Source: Candidatus Iainarchaeum sp. (GTDB lineage Archaea; Iainarchaeota; Iainarchaeia; Iainarchaeales; JAZDDZ01). From it: 28,349 bases of DNA. This document shows, piece by piece, positions 25,178 through 28,349 of the stretch (the stretch's first letter is position 1; each line of letters begins with the position of its first letter). A program made the translations under genes and the position numbers. The DNA lies in contig JAZDDZ010000029.1 of the NCBI GenBank assembly GCA_043809245.1, positions 1-28,349 on the forward strand. Direction: 5' to 3'. The notes beneath the pieces are model-generated. The model was not told where the DNA came from and searched no databases. It saw only the letters and a list, made by a program, of their open reading frames with translations.

Positions 25178-25471
25178 ATGGATAAAACTGTTCTAATCAA
25201 TAACGCAAAAAAAAACTGCCTGATGTGCAACGGCAGGCGCTTTCTACGCGATGTCTCCAAGGAAAAAAACATTGTGCTTGACTCAATCAACGAATTATAC
25301 AAAGCGTTCAGCTATGACTTTGATTCGTTAAGGCACGAGGACGCGGATGTTTCGCTGATAAGCAAAGCGAAAGCAAACAAAACATTCTGCCTGGATTTAA
25401 TGGGCACGTGCAAGGCATGCGACAAGGAAATAGACAAGGTCAACAGGGAAATAAAGGGAATCAGGCTGTAA
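25178..25471 (+). CDS. Small hypothetical protein with two CxxC motifs
   Basis: CLMC and CKAC flanking a helical region. Confidence 0.75.
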   Translation: MDKTVLINNAKKNCLMCNGRRFLRDVSKEKNIVLDSINELYKAFSYDFDSLRHEDADVSLISKAKANKTFCLDLMGTCKACDKEIDKVNREIKGIRL

Positions 25472-25498
25472 GGGTTTCGCTATTTTCTAGTGATTTCG

Positions 25499-26218
25499 CT
25501 ATTTCACTATGCCCCAGTTAACAAGATTTTGCAATGCAATTTCAACTAGAGAATTGGGGATTTTATTTTCATTGATAGCTCTACTGGCTCTATCCCTATA
25601 GGGATTTTCCTTTAACGCTGATGCTGGCATTTCACCTAAAGAAAGCAGCCTTCCAATTTCTGCATTAACTGCCTGTTTAGGAGTCAAGCCTGCCAAAGAA
25701 TAAAATTCTGCAGGGGAAAACTCATTAAGGGGAAATTTTTCAGGTGGGGACTTTTTAGGCTTGTTTTCATTTTTTAACGGGGCTTTGCCAAATTCTTCTA
25801 ATTTTTTAATTACTGTATTAATCACACCCCTATATGCATTTTTAGCTGTTGAAACGCTTGGAGCAGTAAATCTGAATGAATTGCCGAGAGAACTTTTTGC
25901 AGTGATTCCTCTTTTTTCTTTGAAAGTTTTCACAGTTAACCTTTCCTTGGACGCGGTTCTTATATTATAGACTCCTCTTTCAGGCGTCTTGTTTGTTCTT
26001 TCAGACGCTTTGTTTGCACCTTTTTTCTTGATAACAAGCGCCTTAATTCCTTGCCCAAAGATGCCTGAAGTTATTATTCTCCTAGAGTGTCTTGTGCCGC
26101 GCGACCAAGCCGCCCCAGAAGCACCTGCATTCCTAAGGTAATACCTGTGCCTTTTGCCGGTTTTAGGGTCACGCATTGTTTTGGCTATCTTAATTTCAGG
26201 AATTTTTTTCATCGGCAT
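25499..26218 (-). CDS. Very basic hypothetical protein
   Basis: 239-aa Lys/Arg-rich ORF starting MPMKKIPE. Confidence 0.7.
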   Translation of the reverse strand: MPMKKIPEIKIAKTMRDPKTGKRHRYYLRNAGASGAAWSRGTRHSRRIITSGIFGQGIKALVIKKKGANKASERTNKTPERGVYNIRTASKERLTVKTFKEKRGITAKSSLGNSFRFTAPSVSTAKNAYRGVINTVIKKLEEFGKAPLKNENKPKKSPPEKFPLNEFSPAEFYSLAGLTPKQAVNAEIGRLLSLGEMPASALKENPYRDRASRAINENKIPNSLVEIALQNLVNWGIVK

Positions 26219-26269
26219 GATATCATTAGCCTTTTCAGGTATTTAATTATTTGTGCTGAAAGAAAGCGT

Positions 26270-26530
26270 TCAGCCGGCAATGCTTACAACAGAACCCAGC
26301 GCCATTCCAGGCAGTGCCTTGACAAATCTCGCTTTCACCGCGCCTTTTGCGCCGTGCGCTGAGGTTATTTTCCCGGAAAGCTTTTTGTCCGCCGGGCTTT
26401 TCCATTCAACTTTTTTTCCGACAAGCGTTGAGGCCTTTGCCTTTGAGTCAACGCCGTCAATTTCAATTACCACGTGGTTTACATCGCGATTTCTCCTGCT
26501 TCCGGTATAGTTCTTTATTCTTCCCCGCAT
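26270..26530 (-). CDS. rpl35ae: 50S ribosomal protein L35Ae
   Basis: IEIDGVD...A..LVGKKVEW, GKITSAHGAKGAVKARF...LPG; SD GGAGGA before ATG 26530. Confidence 0.93.
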   Translation of the reverse strand: MRGRIKNYTGSRRNRDVNHVVIEIDGVDSKAKASTLVGKKVEWKSPADKKLSGKITSAHGAKGAVKARFVKALPGMALGSVVSIAG

Positions 26531-26609
26531 ATCCTTTCCTCCCGAGTGCATTAACACTTTCCCTATCGATTGATTTATTAAATTATTTTTTCTAATCTAA
26601 TAGATTGGA

Positions 26610-27260
26610 ATGCTGATTGCAGGGGTTGATGAGGCTGGCAGGGGGCCTTGCTTGGGGCCAATGGTGCTTGCAGTTGCATCCATAGAGAAAAAAGAAGAGG
26701 ACTCGCTGCTTGAAATAGGGGTAAAGGACAGCAAATTGCTTTCTGCAAAGCAAAGGGAAGAGCAGTTCGGCAAAATCACGAAAGCGGTAAAGGAATTTTC
26801 TTTCACTGCAATAAGCGCGGAAGAAATTGACTCTTTAAGGGACAGGAAGTCATTGAATGAAATAGAGGCAATGCGCATCGGTGCCCTGCTGAACGGCTTG
26901 AAGCGCAAGCCCGAGATTGTTTTCATTGACTCGCCTGACTGCATCAGCGGCAACTTCGCGAAAAGGATTAAAAAATTCATTTCATTCGAGACAATGCTTG
27001 TGGCGGAACACAAGGCTGATGTGAATTATCCGATTGTGAGTGCTGCCTCAATCATTGCAAAGGTGCACAGGGACGATGAAATAAAGAAACTGGAGCGCGA
27101 GTTCGGGAGAATCGGTTCAGGCTACCCCCATGACGAGGACACGATTGCATTCCTGAAAGGCTTTCTGAAAAAAAACAAGTCGCTTCCTTCGTTTGCTAGG
27201 AAAAGCTGGATTACCAGCCAGAACATGCTTGAAGAGCAGTTTCAGAAAAAATTGTTTTAG
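26610..27260 (+). CDS. rnhB: Ribonuclease HII
   Basis: GVDEAGRGP, GVKDSK, HKAD, VSAASIIAKV.RD, GSGYP. Confidence 0.96.
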   Translation: MLIAGVDEAGRGPCLGPMVLAVASIEKKEEDSLLEIGVKDSKLLSAKQREEQFGKITKAVKEFSFTAISAEEIDSLRDRKSLNEIEAMRIGALLNGLKRKPEIVFIDSPDCISGNFAKRIKKFISFETMLVAEHKADVNYPIVSAASIIAKVHRDDEIKKLEREFGRIGSGYPHDEDTIAFLKGFLKKNKSLPSFARKSWITSQNMLEEQFQKKLF

Positions 27261-27269
27261 TGAGAAAAA

Positions 27270-27779
27270 ATGGATTGGGCGGAAGAAATGCGGAAGGGCC
27301 TGAGGAAAAAGCCGAAAGAGTTTGACAGGACATTTGAGGAAATAGAGCAATTAGAGGAATTAATGGACAAAATCATGGGCGACATTTCAGGGGAGCAGGA
27401 TTCAGCGGAAAAAACCGCGCCGAGTTTTTTGGGTGTTTCAATCAGGATTGACGCTGACGGAAGGCAGCACATAAATGAAGTAAATGGCAGGCGGCAGCTT
27501 TTAAGGGAAAGGGAAAAAGAGCATCCCTTAAAGCAGAAAGAGATTCTTGCAGAGGAAACTGTCCTCGGAGGAAACGTTGTTCTCACTGCGGAGCTTGCAG
27601 GGGTAACTGAAAGGCAGATAAGGATTAACGCTGCGGAAGAAACAGTAATTATTTCCACGCGTTCAATTCCACGCCATTACAAGGAAGTAAGGCTTGAAAA
27701 CAAAATCCAGCCGAAAAGCGTGAAAACCTCTTTCAAGAACGGAATTTTAGAGCTTGTTTTCGCTAAGGCAAAAAACTAG
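27270..27779 (+). CDS. Archaeal small heat shock protein (Hsp20)
   Basis: AELAGV, C-terminal 'SFKNGILEL' alpha-crystallin motif. Confidence 0.8.
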   Translation: MDWAEEMRKGLRKKPKEFDRTFEEIEQLEELMDKIMGDISGEQDSAEKTAPSFLGVSIRIDADGRQHINEVNGRRQLLREREKEHPLKQKEILAEETVLGGNVVLTAELAGVTERQIRINAAEETVIISTRSIPRHYKEVRLENKIQPKSVKTSFKNGILELVFAKAKN

Positions 27780-28287
27780 TAACCAAATTACTTTGAATAA
27801 CAAATATGAAAACAAGCAATAATAGAACTGGCGTGAGCCAGGAATAAAAAGCATAAAGCGTGGAATAGCGGTGGCTTTCTTTCAGGGCGGAATTCAAAAG
27901 GTAAAGGGAATATAGTGAAAATAATGCTGCCAATATTAAGCCGGCAAATGGATTAATCTGAAAAAAAATCAAAATTGGCATAGCTACTATGGACATTGGC
28001 ACAGTGTAAAGCGAGACCAGGTAATATTGGCTCTTGAAACTGCCATTTCCTTTGTAAATTTTTGAGAAAACAAAAAATACAAAATTTGAGACAAAAGAAA
28101 AAATTATGGTAGCGGCTATTCCAAGAATTATTAAACCCAGCGAAGATACTGCGGCATTAGTAAATCCGCCAATTCCCCTTCCAATAGCTAATGTGAGCGT
28201 TAGATTTAATCCCTCTTCTGCTGATTTAGGATAAAAATTGGTTGCCCAGTTATCGTTTTGGAGGCGATAAACATGGGCTACCGTAAT
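27763..28287 (-). pseudogene. Yip1-domain membrane protein lacking a proper start (5'-disrupted)
   Basis: Frame open 28287 to 27763 with Yip1-like 'KGNGSFKSQYYL', 'LYSLYLL..ALKESH..ST'; no ATG/GTG/TTG before 28002; in-frame TAA at 28288-28290. Confidence 0.6.
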
Positions 28288-28349
28288 TTATTGCCACTTA
28301 AAAGTTTATATGAGTTTCGTGGTTTTAAACCTAACTTTTCAGTTCTATC

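Noticed and set aside
2328-27658. Numerous antisense/shadow ORFs in the track (e.g. 5558-6127, 6770-7318, 23240-23758, 26597-27013)
   Set aside because: They lie opposite well-supported genes and show the Phe/Ser-rich composition expected of antisense frames.
1-28349. Genome-wide stop-codon reassignment to explain the in-frame stops at 7180 and 15260
   Set aside because: TAG (rnhB, Hsp20, MGMT), TAA (tfb, hef) and TGA (leuA, ilvB) all terminate conserved genes at expected lengths.
1-28349. CRISPR array, tRNA, rRNA, integrase or transposase
   Set aside because: No periodic repeats, cloverleafs or recombinase motifs were seen by eye.

Overview
Archaeal chromosomal segment (histone, TFB, S8e, L35Ae, Cgi121, Hef, form III RuBisCO, GGTGA-type Shine-Dalgarno sites, TTTAAA TATA boxes). 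Gene content and style suggest a DPANN archaeon, most likely Iainarchaeota/Diapherotrites; this is inference. The left third is a branched-chain amino acid/2-ketoisovalerate cluster (leuA-orf-ilvB-orf-ilvH, ilvE, panB). The most notable signal is an unannotated 32-codon leader ORF (7180-7278, minus strand) directly upstream of leuA. It ends in seven consecutive Leu/Val codons and is followed by mutually exclusive, pseudoknot-capable helices with no U-tract: a candidate archaeal ribosome-mediated attenuator. The leader is also in frame with leuA across a single UAG. Other highlights: a synonymous-diverged relic of the ilvH 3' end marking a gene-insertion event, paired operators, many basic orphan ORFs wedged between housekeeping genes (two share an SGNNP motif), a three-gene RelE island, a HEPN-MNT pair, a structured TFB 5' UTR and several decaying genes. 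No tRNA, rRNA or CRISPR array was seen. All family calls come from motif recognition by eye, not database searches.
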